Of a DNA stretch of 61,059 bases, positions 8,845-18,899 are shown in pieces; positions within the stretch are counted from its first letter, which is position 1, and each line of letters opens with the position of its first letter. The DNA comes from an uncultured Methanosarcinales archaeon (lineage in GTDB: Archaea; Nanobdellota; Nanobdellia; Woesearchaeales; DSVV01), in assembly GCA_964385055.1 (NCBI GenBank), contig CAYLMH010000006.1, positions 1-61,059 of the forward strand, written 5' to 3'. The translations under genes and the position numbers were made by a program. The notes below the pieces were generated by a model that was not told the DNA's origin, searched no databases, and saw only the letters and a program-made list of their open reading frames with translations.

Positions 8845-11217
8845 CTAAAATTCTTTCCATTCACCATCGAGAACATCTTTAATTTGTTTTGCTTTCTTTT
8901 CCCCAAGCTGCGGAACTTTTCGTAACGCTTCTTCTGATGCGTTGACAAAATTCTTGACACTTTTAAATTCTTTAAGAATAGGTTTTGCGAGTGTCGGTCC
9001 AACGCCTGGAAATGCAGTGACCACATATTCCTGCTGATCTTTAAGAGAGATCGGTTTTCGGTCTCCGTGTAAACTAAATCCTTTGTTTTCATCATCTTGT
9101 TCTCGTTTTGCGATTTGCGCGAGCAGCGCAGCGGTTTCTTTAGAAGATTTGGTTTGCAGAACAGGAATCCCAAAATCAACAGTAAGCGCGGCAAGCATGC
9201 CCCGAATCGCGTTTGCGTGAATGTTACGAACAGAATACATATCTTCCATCCCTTCGATAATGTACAAAGGTCGCCCATATGTTTTTTTGAGCTCTTTTGC
9301 CTGCTGAAGAAGTCGTCCATCAATTAAACTATTGACAAAATCAGAAACAGTTTTGTATTCAATCGCGCATCTGCTGCTGAGTAGATAATCGCCTACTTCA
9401 AGCTGTTGCAAATCAATAGAAATTCCTAAATTTAAGAGTTCTTTGATCACATAACTTCCTTTCTCCCGATGATCCACAAAAATAGTGTATTTCTTATCTT
9501 GCTGAACTGGAACAGAAGAGGACAAAAGATTGGAAGGTGAAGAGTTTGAAGAACCAAGGGAAGCAGAGCCAGAAAAGGATGACAAAGAAACAGAGGAAGA
9601 AGCTGATGATCCATAAGCCTGAAGCGGCATTTCTTTTCGCTGGACAGGAGTCTTCGCAAAAATAATATTTTTTTTCAACTGCGCGAGATTTCGGTACATT
9701 CTTTTTTCTTTGTGATGCGCGCTCCAGCGATATCCTTCATCGCGAGTTCCTTTCGTGACCAGAATAAGAACCTCGCCTTCACCATGTCTGCCAGTTCTTC
9801 CTTTTCGTTGAATATGACGAATAGCGCTTGGGATGGGTTCAAAAAAGAAAACAGCGTCAACTTGCGGAATGTCAAGTCCTTCTTCGCCAACAGAACTGGA
9901 AACAAGAACATTAAATGCGCCGTTGCGGAATTCATCAAGCATGCCAAGCTGCTCTTTTTGTGATAATCCAGAACCACGCTTTTTTGCCTGACCAACGAAA
10001 AGTTTTGCGGTGATAGGAATTTCTGGACTGATTTTCAACCCATTGATAATCTCCACAAGTTTTGCGCCAGTATCGCGATATTGCGTAAAGAGAATCAGTT
10101 TGTAATCAGCATATCCTTTTTCATGCGCTGCAATAAAACGCTGAGTCAAAATCTCGCGCAACCGAGGGATTTTCGGATGTTCTACTTTTTTTTCAAGGAG
10201 CCCTTGCAGCTTCATGTATGCAGATTTAAAATTGACATCTGCAACAAGATTTTGGACTGCTTTGACTTTTGAAGTCGCTGCTTGTTTCATAATGTCTTCC
10301 ATGTAGATAAAAAGTGGATCAAGACCTTGTGTTTCCAGAAGTTCAATTGCGTGTTGTACTTTCATTGCTTCTGCGGCAAGAGAAAGTGCGCGAAGCACGC
10401 CAAAATCACGATTGCCGGATGCAATCTCTCCCTGTAAATGTCCCTGCAATTTCAAAAGATCTGTTTTACTATCGCTCAGCTGCATGTTCTGTTCAAGAAC
10501 TCCTTGCTTTTTGATTTCCTCAATTTTGCTTGCAAAACAATCTTTCAGATATTTTTGCACAGTCGCAAATTCAGCAGGAAAATCAACATACTCCCAATGG
10601 AGCGCAACATCCTGTACATACGGAGCAACATCAGGATCAGTGTCTGTGCGCACTTCAATTTGTTCAATCCCTAAATTCGTGATGACTTCTTGAATTTGAT
10701 CAAGATCGCTTCCTGGAGACGCAGTGAGCGCGAGAAGTCGTGGAGAGCGTGCGCGCTGGTGATATTGTTGGCTGATCCACACATAACTGTAATCTCCTGT
10801 TGCGCGGTGTGCTTCATCCACAACAAGGCAAGAAACATTAGACAAATCCACTTTATTTCCAATGATGTCATTCTCCAGACCTTGCGGTGTGGTCACAATA
10901 ATTTGCGCAGTAGTCCAGAGTTGTGCGCGTTTTTCAGGAGAAACATTTCCAGTAAAAACAACAATGTTGTCTGCAAGCGCCGGAAGATGAGTACGAAGCG
11001 TGGTCGCGTGTTGATCAACAAGCGGTTTTGTGGGAGCAAGAATAAGACATTTACTAGTTGGATATTGCGTTAATCGATGCGCGACAAGCATCAGCGCAAG
11101 CGCGGTCTTTCCCATTCCTGTTGGCAGGACAACAAGCGTATTATGCTGAGACACTGTTGCGAAAATAGTTTCCTGATAAAGACGAGGGGTAAAGTTCTGG
11201 ATAAGCGCATTGGACAT
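8845..11217 (-). CDS. hef: Hef helicase/nuclease (SF2 helicase + ERCC4/XPF domain)
   Basis: LPTGMGKT, DEAH, TASPG, EEGLD, QRKGRTGR; C-terminal VDHRE...GDY...IEYK ERCC4 domain and HhH. Confidence 0.96.
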   Translation of the reverse strand: MSNALIQNFTPRLYQETIFATVSQHNTLVVLPTGMGKTALALMLVAHRLTQYPTSKCLILAPTKPLVDQHATTLRTHLPALADNIVVFTGNVSPEKRAQLWTTAQIIVTTPQGLENDIIGNKVDLSNVSCLVVDEAHRATGDYSYVWISQQYHQRARSPRLLALTASPGSDLDQIQEVITNLGIEQIEVRTDTDPDVAPYVQDVALHWEYVDFPAEFATVQKYLKDCFASKIEEIKKQGVLEQNMQLSDSKTDLLKLQGHLQGEIASGNRDFGVLRALSLAAEAMKVQHAIELLETQGLDPLFIYMEDIMKQAATSKVKAVQNLVADVNFKSAYMKLQGLLEKKVEHPKIPRLREILTQRFIAAHEKGYADYKLILFTQYRDTGAKLVEIINGLKISPEIPITAKLFVGQAKKRGSGLSQKEQLGMLDEFRNGAFNVLVSSSVGEEGLDIPQVDAVFFFEPIPSAIRHIQRKGRTGRHGEGEVLILVTKGTRDEGYRWSAHHKEKRMYRNLAQLKKNIIFAKTPVQRKEMPLQAYGSSASSSVSLSSFSGSASLGSSNSSPSNLLSSSVPVQQDKKYTIFVDHREKGSYVIKELLNLGISIDLQQLEVGDYLLSSRCAIEYKTVSDFVNSLIDGRLLQQAKELKKTYGRPLYIIEGMEDMYSVRNIHANAIRGMLAALTVDFGIPVLQTKSSKETAALLAQIAKREQDDENKGFSLHGDRKPISLKDQQEYVVTAFPGVGPTLAKPILKEFKSVKNFVNASEEALRKVPQLGEKKAKQIKDVLDGEWKEF

Positions 11218-11294
11218 GGGAAATGTGAACAGGGTGGTGTTTATTAATGTATTCTCTATAAAGATTTAAAAATTAAGTAGCATTTATTGGAGAA

Positions 11295-11993
11295 ATGAGA
11301 AGAAAAAATCTAATCCTCTTCGATGTAGGCGCAGTCCTCATCAAACTTTCATATGGTGATTTTTACAGAGAAGCAGCAAAGCACTCTGTCCTCAATGAAA
11401 AAGAAATTGAAAAAGCATTTTTAGAAAGTTCTTTGGATGATCGAACGAATAGAGGAGAAATAAATGCAGCACAATTCTTCAGCGAACTACGAAGTTGTTT
11501 ACAACTATCAAAAGATCTTACTAAAGAACAATTAGAGGAGATTGTTGGACATAAATTTCCTGGAGAGATTGCTGAAATGATTAATCTAAAAAGAGCGCTT
11601 CATAAAGCAGGGTATGCAGTAGGGGTATTGTCGAATATTGGAGAAGAAGCGCATAGGATATTAGAATGGAGATATCCTGAGATATTTGCAGTGTATGACC
11701 ACAGAAATCCAGCTATTTTATCATACCAAATGAAAGCAATGAAGCCTGATCCAAGAGTATATGACGCAATAACCGGATTTGAAAGAATCATTTTTATTGA
11801 TGATAAAGATAAATATCTTCACGTTGGTCTTGAAAGAGGATGGAAAGGAATTCATTTTATGCAATACCCTGATGAAACAGAACCACAGAGAAAGAGCCAT
11901 AGTGATACAGGATATAGAAATGAGAACATAAGAAGAGCGAATTCTCTTGCAGAAGTAAAAAAAGCGTTAGAGGATTTTGGGGTAGAAATATAA
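11295..11993 (+). CDS. HAD-superfamily hydrolase
   Basis: LFDVGAVL, VLSN, MKPDPRVY, FIDDK. Confidence 0.88.
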   Translation: MRRKNLILFDVGAVLIKLSYGDFYREAAKHSVLNEKEIEKAFLESSLDDRTNRGEINAAQFFSELRSCLQLSKDLTKEQLEEIVGHKFPGEIAEMINLKRALHKAGYAVGVLSNIGEEAHRILEWRYPEIFAVYDHRNPAILSYQMKAMKPDPRVYDAITGFERIIFIDDKDKYLHVGLERGWKGIHFMQYPDETEPQRKSHSDTGYRNENIRRANSLAEVKKALEDFGVEI

Positions 11994-12379
11994 TGGTAAT
12001 CACTGGAGTTCTATTTGCATCAAAAGGTGTTGAACATGAAGACCAAAGAAGAACACTCTTGACTGCGTTTAATGGAGATTTAGGGGATTTTGTCGCAAGA
12101 CAAGTAAAGTTTGCAATTATGAAGCAAGATGCAATTCTTGGTGGTCATTATCATGATTATGACGAACTATTTTATCTGCTAGATGGAGCAGGAACATTTA
12201 CTGTGAAAGATCGTGCAGCAGAGATCATAGAAGAATATGATATGGTCAAAGGAGACAGGTTGTTCATACCACGAGGAATTGCGCATAAAGCATTGATCAG
12301 AACAGGATCAATTTTGGTAGGGTGTACCACAGAACCATATATCTCCCCAGAACATAATGACCATAAGTATGATTTTTAG
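11993..12379 (+). CDS. Cupin protein (WxcM/FdtA-like sugar isomerase fold)
   Basis: LGGHYH..DELFYLLDG...IPRGIAH; start overlaps the HAD stop. Confidence 0.8.
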   Translation: MVITGVLFASKGVEHEDQRRTLLTAFNGDLGDFVARQVKFAIMKQDAILGGHYHDYDELFYLLDGAGTFTVKDRAAEIIEEYDMVKGDRLFIPRGIAHKALIRTGSILVGCTTEPYISPEHNDHKYDF

Positions 12380-12399
12380 GAAGGAACAGAAAGAAGGGC

Positions 12400-12966
12400 T
12401 CAATACTCATGCCCAGAACACAAAATTTTGTAATCCACTTTCTTCAATTTCAACAACGAACGCATCATTTCTTTAGGAACAGACGTAGGTAAATCAACCC
12501 TGCCATGTGCATTGTGAAACAGCGTATCGCCGCTGAACAAAATCTTTTCTTTTTCGTAATAGAGACAAATGCTTCCAATCGTGTGCCCAGGTGTCGCGAT
12601 GACAGATAATCCAAAGACAGAAAGATCAAGAGACTCAATGGGCAAGACAGCAATGGTAAACTGATCAACAACTTCGAGGTTCAAGATTGCGCCGAAGGGA
12701 TCTTTTTGCCGTGCAGCAATTTCTGCTTGCGACGCGTAAAATGTTGCGTGAGGAAATAAATGAAAATTACCAATATGATCATAATGAAAGTGCGTAAAAA
12801 GAACAAGATCAATGTTCGCAGGATCAATTTTTTTAGAAAGCTCTTTGAGAACAAGATCTTTGTTTCGCGGTCTTCCCGTGTCAATAATAATTTTCTTCGT
12901 AAAATCAAGAAAATAGACATTACTGTCTGCTGCGATTTTGTATACTTTTTCTGCAATCTTTTCCAT
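12400..12966 (-). CDS. MBL-fold metallo-hydrolase
   Basis: IIDTG, THFHYDHIG, TPGHTIGS, FSGDTLF, GHEY. Confidence 0.95.
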   Translation of the reverse strand: MEKIAEKVYKIAADSNVYFLDFTKKIIIDTGRPRNKDLVLKELSKKIDPANIDLVLFTHFHYDHIGNFHLFPHATFYASQAEIAARQKDPFGAILNLEVVDQFTIAVLPIESLDLSVFGLSVIATPGHTIGSICLYYEKEKILFSGDTLFHNAHGRVDLPTSVPKEMMRSLLKLKKVDYKILCSGHEY

Positions 12967-13042
12967 AGAAGAGACGAAGATGAAGACGCTAATAAATGTT
13001 GTGCAGCATAAATATTATAAAGAAAATTGTTTTCCTCCAATC

Positions 13043-13522
13043 ATGCCAGAAAAACCAATCCCCATTGCAGTTGGTGTAATTATCCACGAGAACAAAGTAC
13101 TTCTCATCAAGCGAATAAAAGATCCATACGCAGGGTATTGGTCATTTCCAGGAGGAAAAATAGAGTTCGGAGAAGAAGTCCACAACACTGCGATAAGAGA
13201 AATAGAAGAAGAAACAGGAGTGACAAGTTCATTTATTGAGCATTATGGCATGGTCTCAGAAAGAGTCATAGAAACAGAAAAAGTAACGCATCACTTTTTA
13301 ATCCATCTCTGCAAATTGCATCCAAAAACAACAGAAATAAAGCAAGGCTCTGAAGGAGAAGTCGCATGGATTAATTTTGAAGATGTGAAAGCGGGAAAAG
13401 AAAAACTAGTCCCAAGCGATACATTCATGTTAGAGAAAATGATTCTCACAAAACAAAAAGCACAGTTTGAATGTCTGATGGAAAAGAAAGGAAATCTCTA
13501 TATTGTAAAAAAGTTTGAGTAA
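13043..13522 (+). CDS. NUDIX hydrolase (MutT-like)
   Basis: FPGGKIEFGEEVHNTAIREIEEETG; start taken at MPEKP. Confidence 0.9.
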   Translation: MPEKPIPIAVGVIIHENKVLLIKRIKDPYAGYWSFPGGKIEFGEEVHNTAIREIEEETGVTSSFIEHYGMVSERVIETEKVTHHFLIHLCKLHPKTTEIKQGSEGEVAWINFEDVKAGKEKLVPSDTFMLEKMILTKQKAQFECLMEKKGNLYIVKKFE

Positions 13523-13539
13523 GAAGAGATAATAAAAAA

Positions 13540-14157
13540 TTATGATGACGCTCCTTTAACATCAAGAGGAATACCTTTTACCTGAAGAAGACCTGCATAT
13601 CGTTGATCCCCTGTGCGAAGATATCTCTCATAATAATCTAAAAGAACTCGTTCATCATCAAGTCGTTTAAGATGAAGATCACCAACAACTGCAGCAAGAC
13701 CATCAAAAGAATCTGCAAGTTCTGTAAAAAGAGGATCTGCACGACCTGAATGAGCTAAGCGATCTTGATATTGCGCAACAACGTGTGCATAATGACCATA
13801 TGCAGTTCTTCCAATATCGCGATGGAACTTCACTTGAGATACCCCTGTCTTTCTCACTGCATCATAAGCAAAACCAAGAACAAAGAGACAGCGGTCTCCA
13901 ACCTCTTTGAAAAGGTAAGGTTTGTCAGCAGCCTCCTGAAGTTGGAAAGTAAATGGTTTTATGTAACGACCGGTGTCTCCAGTAGCAGAGGGCTTTTCTC
14001 TTCCTGTAAAAACATCATCTGCAAGAATGAGAGAGCAAATAACGCCTGCAACATACGCTTGCGCTTCTGGAGAAACAGAAAGATGACGGCGTTCAACACC
14101 TTCTGAAACCATGTGAGAGAGTTCTTCAGTAGGATCTTCAATGAGAGTCAAACCCAT
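13540..14157 (-). CDS. Conserved hypothetical protein
   Basis: Long ORF; GDRCLFVLGF...GRTAY...LFTELADSF...LLDYYERYLRTG resembles an uncharacterised bacterial family (recall). Confidence 0.7.
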   Translation of the reverse strand: MGLTLIEDPTEELSHMVSEGVERRHLSVSPEAQAYVAGVICSLILADDVFTGREKPSATGDTGRYIKPFTFQLQEAADKPYLFKEVGDRCLFVLGFAYDAVRKTGVSQVKFHRDIGRTAYGHYAHVVAQYQDRLAHSGRADPLFTELADSFDGLAAVVGDLHLKRLDDERVLLDYYERYLRTGDQRYAGLLQVKGIPLDVKGASS

Positions 14158-14226
14158 AACCTACCAATAAACATCCAGAATTAATAAATGCTCCGACACA
14201 AATGAGGGAACAATTAAAAAAACAAA

Positions 14227-14574
14227 TCAATCCAAAACATGCTGTTTTTTCAACCAATATCCAATATATGTCCCGATAACAAAGGTCACAAGAACAGCTT
14301 TGTAAGATAAATATCGCGCGCCAAAAATCATGCCAATTAAAAATGCGCCAGCCATAAACCAAAAGCGCATTTGATGTTTATATTTACGAATATACAGTGC
14401 GCGACCAATAATCAGACTAGAGAGGAACACAATCAAGACAGAAAGAACTTTGCTTCCTGCGATAAATGTCATGATTGCGCCAAGAATCAAAAAAAGAAAC
14501 GAAACATATTCTACCCAATTATCAATAAGATTCATTGCCGCTTTTTTTGTAGAAAGAATATCCATGCGAGTCAC
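14227..14574 (-). CDS. Small membrane protein
   Basis: About four hydrophobic segments; start overlaps the M50 gene stop. Confidence 0.7.
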   Translation of the reverse strand: MTRMDILSTKKAAMNLIDNWVEYVSFLFLILGAIMTFIAGSKVLSVLIVFLSSLIIGRALYIRKYKHQMRFWFMAGAFLIGMIFGARYLSYKAVLVTFVIGTYIGYWLKKQHVLD

Positions 14575-15308
14575 CGGAGATCTCGTTCAATATAATACCA
14601 ATAGACTCCCCACATGACGCCAGCAAGCAAGAGCGCCCAGATTAAGGAGTAGACACCAAGAACAAAGAGAACAATGTAACAAAGCAGAATGCTAAAAAAG
14701 AACACATAGTTCATGCGAGACGCAAACAACAAACTAATACCATCAAGGTTAGGCAATGGAAGCATCGAGAACACCGCGTAATACAAATTGATGAAAGTCA
14801 TTTGATGGAAAAGGTCTGGAAAGATTCCGTTGATAGCGAGCGTTTCCCAAAACGTTGCCATGACAAGGTTCGCGAGTGGTCCTGCTGCACCGATGAGCCC
14901 ACAGGAGAGCAAGTTTAAGCCGTAACGGAAGTGCCCAAGACGTTGAACAGTCATGTGATAAAACGTCACTCCCCCTGTAATGAGAACAGGGAACTGACCT
15001 TGAAACAAAAATGTGCATAATAAGGTGATATACGTCCCAAGCGTCCAGAGCTTGTATTCTGTACGAATACCAAGAGAAAGACCATAAATTTTATGCGCAG
15101 ACTCATGAAAAAAGAAGGCAATGAAAACTATAATGAAAACCTTGATGTAATTAAAGATCCAATGGGCAAGTTGAAAGGACTCTGTTCCATCATCGTAGGC
15201 AAAAGCAAAGGTTACCACAGCCATTGCGAGAAAAAGATCGCGTAATTCTCGGGGAGAAAAGACGAAGAAATCACGGATTCTATATTTCATTTCAGCGTAA
15301 TCAACCAT
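14571..15308 (-). CDS. Site-2 protease family (M50) membrane metalloprotease
   Basis: FHESAHK (HExxH), AAGPLANL, MLPLPNLDG; start moved to MVDYAE. Confidence 0.88.
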   Translation of the reverse strand: MVDYAEMKYRIRDFFVFSPRELRDLFLAMAVVTFAFAYDDGTESFQLAHWIFNYIKVFIIVFIAFFFHESAHKIYGLSLGIRTEYKLWTLGTYITLLCTFLFQGQFPVLITGGVTFYHMTVQRLGHFRYGLNLLSCGLIGAAGPLANLVMATFWETLAINGIFPDLFHQMTFINLYYAVFSMLPLPNLDGISLLFASRMNYVFFFSILLCYIVLFVLGVYSLIWALLLAGVMWGVYWYYIERDLR

Positions 15309-15380
15309 AGATGTGATTTTTGAGAAAATGAGATATATAAAGATTTGCAAAACTTTTTATTAACAGGAGAAACGGGAAAG

Positions 15381-16208
15381 ATGATGACAGTGTTGACTGA
15401 AATAAGGAAAGACCTTCTTGAGCTCGAACAAACACTCAGAGAACTAAATCAAGATGTTACAATAAAAGCATACATCCATGAGGAAAAAATAGAAAAAAAG
15501 CTTCTTGAAGAAATAGAAAAGGTAACAAAACTACTCAAAAAGCAAGAAAAAAAACAGGACGAGATCATAGTAGAACAGCTTGTGAGATTATATGAGATAA
15601 TAAGAGATGCAAAGAAGCAGCGAGAGAGTAAAAGTTTCAAAGACAAGCTTTCTGAGATCGCTGAGAAACTAGAACTGCTTTTGAAACCCATAAGAACAAC
15701 AGATATTCATGAAGAGATGATACTAGATGTAGAGATGGGAAAGTACGCTATTCTTTTCCCAAACAGCAAGGAGCGTTTTTTACGAACATATGGGGTCACA
15801 ACATGCACTGTTTGTGCACTTGCATTTCCAAGAATTCATTGTATTGTGCTTGGACATCTTGCGCCAAACATTGGAATAAGATTTACAGAATTTCTCATCA
15901 GAGTGAAAGAAGAAGTTAGAACAGTAGATCCAGATATTGAGAAAGAAAGATGTCTATTTTACCTAAAGGTACATCCACACAAAACACTGCTCAACCCAAG
16001 TGAATGGTTAAAAAGTGAAGAGAGAAAAAGCAGAACTCCTAAAACTATACAGAAAGTATTTCCAAACCTTGCGCAAATGGAAGTAAAGCAAACAAAAGTC
16101 ATTGAAGGATGCGCGATTGATGTAATTGTAGATAAGAACAGTGGAAAAGTAAACATCTACAACAGCTCCTTTGTCGATGCAGAATTCCCAAAACAAAGGG
16201 ATTTTTAG
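15381..16208 (+). CDS. Hypothetical protein: coiled-coil N-terminus + CheD/CNF1-like deamidase-type C-terminus
   Basis: E/K/L-rich N-half; DVEMGKY...LRTYGVTTCT...VLGHL resembles the CheD Cys...His pattern. Confidence 0.55.
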   Translation: MMTVLTEIRKDLLELEQTLRELNQDVTIKAYIHEEKIEKKLLEEIEKVTKLLKKQEKKQDEIIVEQLVRLYEIIRDAKKQRESKSFKDKLSEIAEKLELLLKPIRTTDIHEEMILDVEMGKYAILFPNSKERFLRTYGVTTCTVCALAFPRIHCIVLGHLAPNIGIRFTEFLIRVKEEVRTVDPDIEKERCLFYLKVHPHKTLLNPSEWLKSEERKSRTPKTIQKVFPNLAQMEVKQTKVIEGCAIDVIVDKNSGKVNIYNSSFVDAEFPKQRDF

Positions 16209-16211
16209 AAA

Positions 16212-16934
16212 TTATCCCTTGATGAGCAAATCTTTAATCCCATCTTCATGCCCTGCACCAATCACGACAATGATGATGTGATTAGGATACTTCTCTTGAA
16301 ATTGTCGAATCTTGCGAGCCATAAAGGCATTCCGCTCTGTAATCAAGACGCGATAAATGTTCGGATACCGCTGTTCTACCCCAAGCAATAATTTCTTGAT
16401 GAGTGTTTCAGGAGGAACTTTAGACAAATCAAAGGACGCAAGTCCATATTTCTTCATTTCGCGTTTAGGAAAAAAGAGCCCAAAGAAAATGTCAACAATA
16501 AAATGCCACTTTTCTTTCCAAGTCAGCGTCTGTGAAAATCTGCGAAGCGTGATATGAATCGGCTGATCAACGAGTGCAATAAGAAAGTCATGCTTTTTTG
16601 CAGCCCTGATAGCACTGAGCATGTCATCACCTGGTTTTGCGCCGACCATTTTCGCAAGCCGCTCAGTGACTGTCGAAGCAATCACTGCAAAAATAAACCC
16701 TTTAAATCCAAAGCGACGAATGTTCTCAAAAGAAAAGGAAGAGGTCTTTTTCTGCTCATGAACTAATGAATAAAATCGTTGTTTATCCAGTTCAACACCC
16801 ACGACGCAAGGTCCAACGAGGGCAAAATGATCAATCACTGCAGCAACATTCTTGACACTTTCCGAAGCAATGTGCGATGTTCCCACAAGAACAACGTTGC
16901 CAACCTGTGTAAATTTCAGTTTCATCCAAATCAA
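16212..16934 (-). CDS. traB: TraB/PrgY family protein
   Basis: VGTSHIASES, VGVELD..R, KPGDDM, LITERNAFMA, VIGAGHEDGI. Confidence 0.92.
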   Translation of the reverse strand: MIWMKLKFTQVGNVVLVGTSHIASESVKNVAAVIDHFALVGPCVVGVELDKQRFYSLVHEQKKTSSFSFENIRRFGFKGFIFAVIASTVTERLAKMVGAKPGDDMLSAIRAAKKHDFLIALVDQPIHITLRRFSQTLTWKEKWHFIVDIFFGLFFPKREMKKYGLASFDLSKVPPETLIKKLLLGVEQRYPNIYRVLITERNAFMARKIRQFQEKYPNHIIIVVIGAGHEDGIKDLLIKG

Positions 16935-17055
16935 AAAACTTTATATACTTATATAGTTTGTAGTTTGATAAGATTTACCATTAGAGAAGAGTGATCAAAA
17001 GAATAAATTCACTATCTCAGCAGTAAAGAAAAGAGAGAAAAAGGAGGGAACAGCC

Positions 17056-17337
17056 ATGTTAAAAATGAAGCGAATAACAGATACCTACGAGATGAAAGTG
17101 TTTACCGATATGGGAGAATATTTTGGTGACGTTGAAGAATCCATTCTGACCAATAACAAGATTTTTGGCTGGCGAATCCGCAGTACAAAAAATTCCTTCC
17201 TCAACAAAATTCTTGGAAACGCAAAAGGAGTTATTGTCCCGCATGCGCTCGTTAAAAATATGGGCGACATTATGATTGTCAGCAAAGCAGCAGTGCCAAA
17301 CTACAATCCAGAAGATGTTCATGAAGGTGGAGAATAA
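17056..17337 (+). CDS. PRC-barrel domain protein
   Basis: KVFTDMGEYFGDVEE...IVPHALVKNMGDIMIV. Confidence 0.85.
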   Translation: MLKMKRITDTYEMKVFTDMGEYFGDVEESILTNNKIFGWRIRSTKNSFLNKILGNAKGVIVPHALVKNMGDIMIVSKAAVPNYNPEDVHEGGE

Positions 17338-17401
17338 GTTTTTTATTTTTTCTTAGTTTCTTTATTTATTTTTTCTAATGTGCAAAAGAAATGCGAACCA
17401 A

Positions 17402-17761
17402 TTACTCTTCATCATTTTTACTTAATTCCAAAATCGCTGCAGCTAAATCACCGCTAGCAGCATCAATTGCGCCACGAGCAGCTTCTGCGTCAGCGCCAGT
17501 CTGTTCCATCACCACACGAACATCATCGTCAGAAATAGAAGGCTTTGTGTCAAGAGCTCGTTCTGTTGCTTTTCCCTGCACTTGCCAGCTGACATTACCC
17601 ATTGCGCTGATTTGAGAAACTGCAACAGGGGAAACAACAATTTCTTTGTCAGAAAAGCGAATAATAACTTCTTGAACACCAGCAAGTTCTTTTTCCTCAA
17701 TGCCCATCTTACGCATTGCTTGTTTCATCATGCGTGGATCAATTTTACCGCCAGGAAACAT
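17402..17761 (-). CDS. nac: Nascent polypeptide-associated complex protein (aNAC)
   Basis: DPRMMKQAMRKMGI...VQEVII; UBA-like DVRVVMEQTGA...GDLAAAIL; AGGTGA RBS before ATG 17761. Confidence 0.95.
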   Translation of the reverse strand: MFPGGKIDPRMMKQAMRKMGIEEKELAGVQEVIIRFSDKEIVVSPVAVSQISAMGNVSWQVQGKATERALDTKPSISDDDVRVVMEQTGADAEAARGAIDAASGDLAAAILELSKNDEE

Positions 17762-17770
17762 AGAAATCAC

Positions 17771-17944
17771 CTAAAAACCAAGTAATGTTGCGCCGAAAAT
17801 GTGGAGCAAAATAATAACAAGGATCAAGAGAACAACAAGAACAACAACGTGAATAGGTTGAATGCTGATTTTACTTCTATAATCGTCAAAATAACGAACA
17901 AGTCCTCCTGTTCCAGAAGGAAGGTTGATTCTGTTTTGTGCCAT
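17771..17944 (-). CDS. secG: Preprotein translocase subunit Sec61beta/SecG (57 aa, absent from the ORF track)
   Basis: Manual translation MAQNRINLPSGTGGLVRYFDDYRSKISIQPIHVVVLVVLLILVIILLHIFGATLLGF; GGLVRYF + single TM. Confidence 0.92.
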   Translation of the reverse strand: MAQNRINLPSGTGGLVRYFDDYRSKISIQPIHVVVLVVLLILVIILLHIFGATLLGF

Positions 17945-18028
17945 AGCATCTTGGCGGAGAAGGAGGTTTATAAATTTTATGAGTAGAGAAAGGAAAAGTA
18001 TGTAAAGAAAAGAGAGATAAAAGCAAGC

Positions 18029-18526
18029 ATGAAAAGACTCCTCTTGCTCTGTATATTATTTTTCTTTATTTCAAGTTGTACAGAAGTATACTGTCCAACG
18101 CAAATTCGTTATAACGAGTTTTTTGAACCATATGCAGAAGATATATTCCAATACGATTATTTCGTCCCAGTCATGGATGAAAATAATAATCTTCGGGTCA
18201 TCATCATGCAAGATACCTGCACCTCGTGTTCTGATTTAGGCATGGCGATAGGAGCAGAAAAAGAAGCAGACACCCTTGTGGCGACGGAAGAAGTGCTTGA
18301 AGAACTAAGAAATAATCTTGAAATTCCATTTGAAATAACAGACTACCATTATATTGGTGAGGAAGCAGAAGATGGAACGCATGACATCACGGTCTGGTCT
18401 ATTGATGGTGTCAAGAGAGCAACAACATTTTCTGAATGCTGTACAGAAAAAACAATAAACGCAACAATGAATGCGTGCTGGTGGAAAGAAGGAGCAGTAA
18501 CTGTTTCTAATTTTAGAAAAGAATAG
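18029..18526 (+). CDS. Hypothetical lipoprotein/secreted protein
   Basis: MKRLLLLCILFFFISSC signal with lipobox-like Cys; acidic, Cys pairs. Confidence 0.7.
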   Translation: MKRLLLLCILFFFISSCTEVYCPTQIRYNEFFEPYAEDIFQYDYFVPVMDENNNLRVIIMQDTCTSCSDLGMAIGAEKEADTLVATEEVLEELRNNLEIPFEITDYHYIGEEAEDGTHDITVWSIDGVKRATTFSECCTEKTINATMNACWWKEGAVTVSNFRKE

Positions 18527-18533
18527 AAAAAAA

Positions 18534-18855
18534 GTAGGGTGCCGTAAGCCGTCTTCTGTGCACTTTCACGAAACATGAACAAGTGGTCAGTGTATTCTAC
18601 TCAGCGTTCAAAACGAACTTGCATCAGCAAGGGCTCACCGTTTCATCTTCACTTTGCGAGACGTCAGCAGCTCACTTGGTGCTGTTGCCAGCGACTGTCG
18701 CATGCATCATTCCCTATTCGCAAAGGAGTGCGTTTCTGTGTGGTTGCCATCTTTTTCAAGATCCTACTTCCATAGGTCGCCTTTTTGTGATGGACGGACT
18801 TTCCTCAGGAACAACCCGTTTCAGAGTTGTTTCCGATAACACCGTGACACCCTAC
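18534..18855 (-). ncRNA. rnpB: RNase P RNA
   Basis: Minus strand has GAGGAAAGUCC (CR-I), ACAGAAAC, UGAAACGG, GAUGCAAG and ACAGAAGACGGCUUA (CR-V); P1 GUAGGGUG/CACCCUAC closes the ends. Confidence 0.95.
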
Positions 18856-18899
18856 AAAAGAGAGAAAAAGAGCTGTTTGTTTTAATATTTTGTGCCAGA

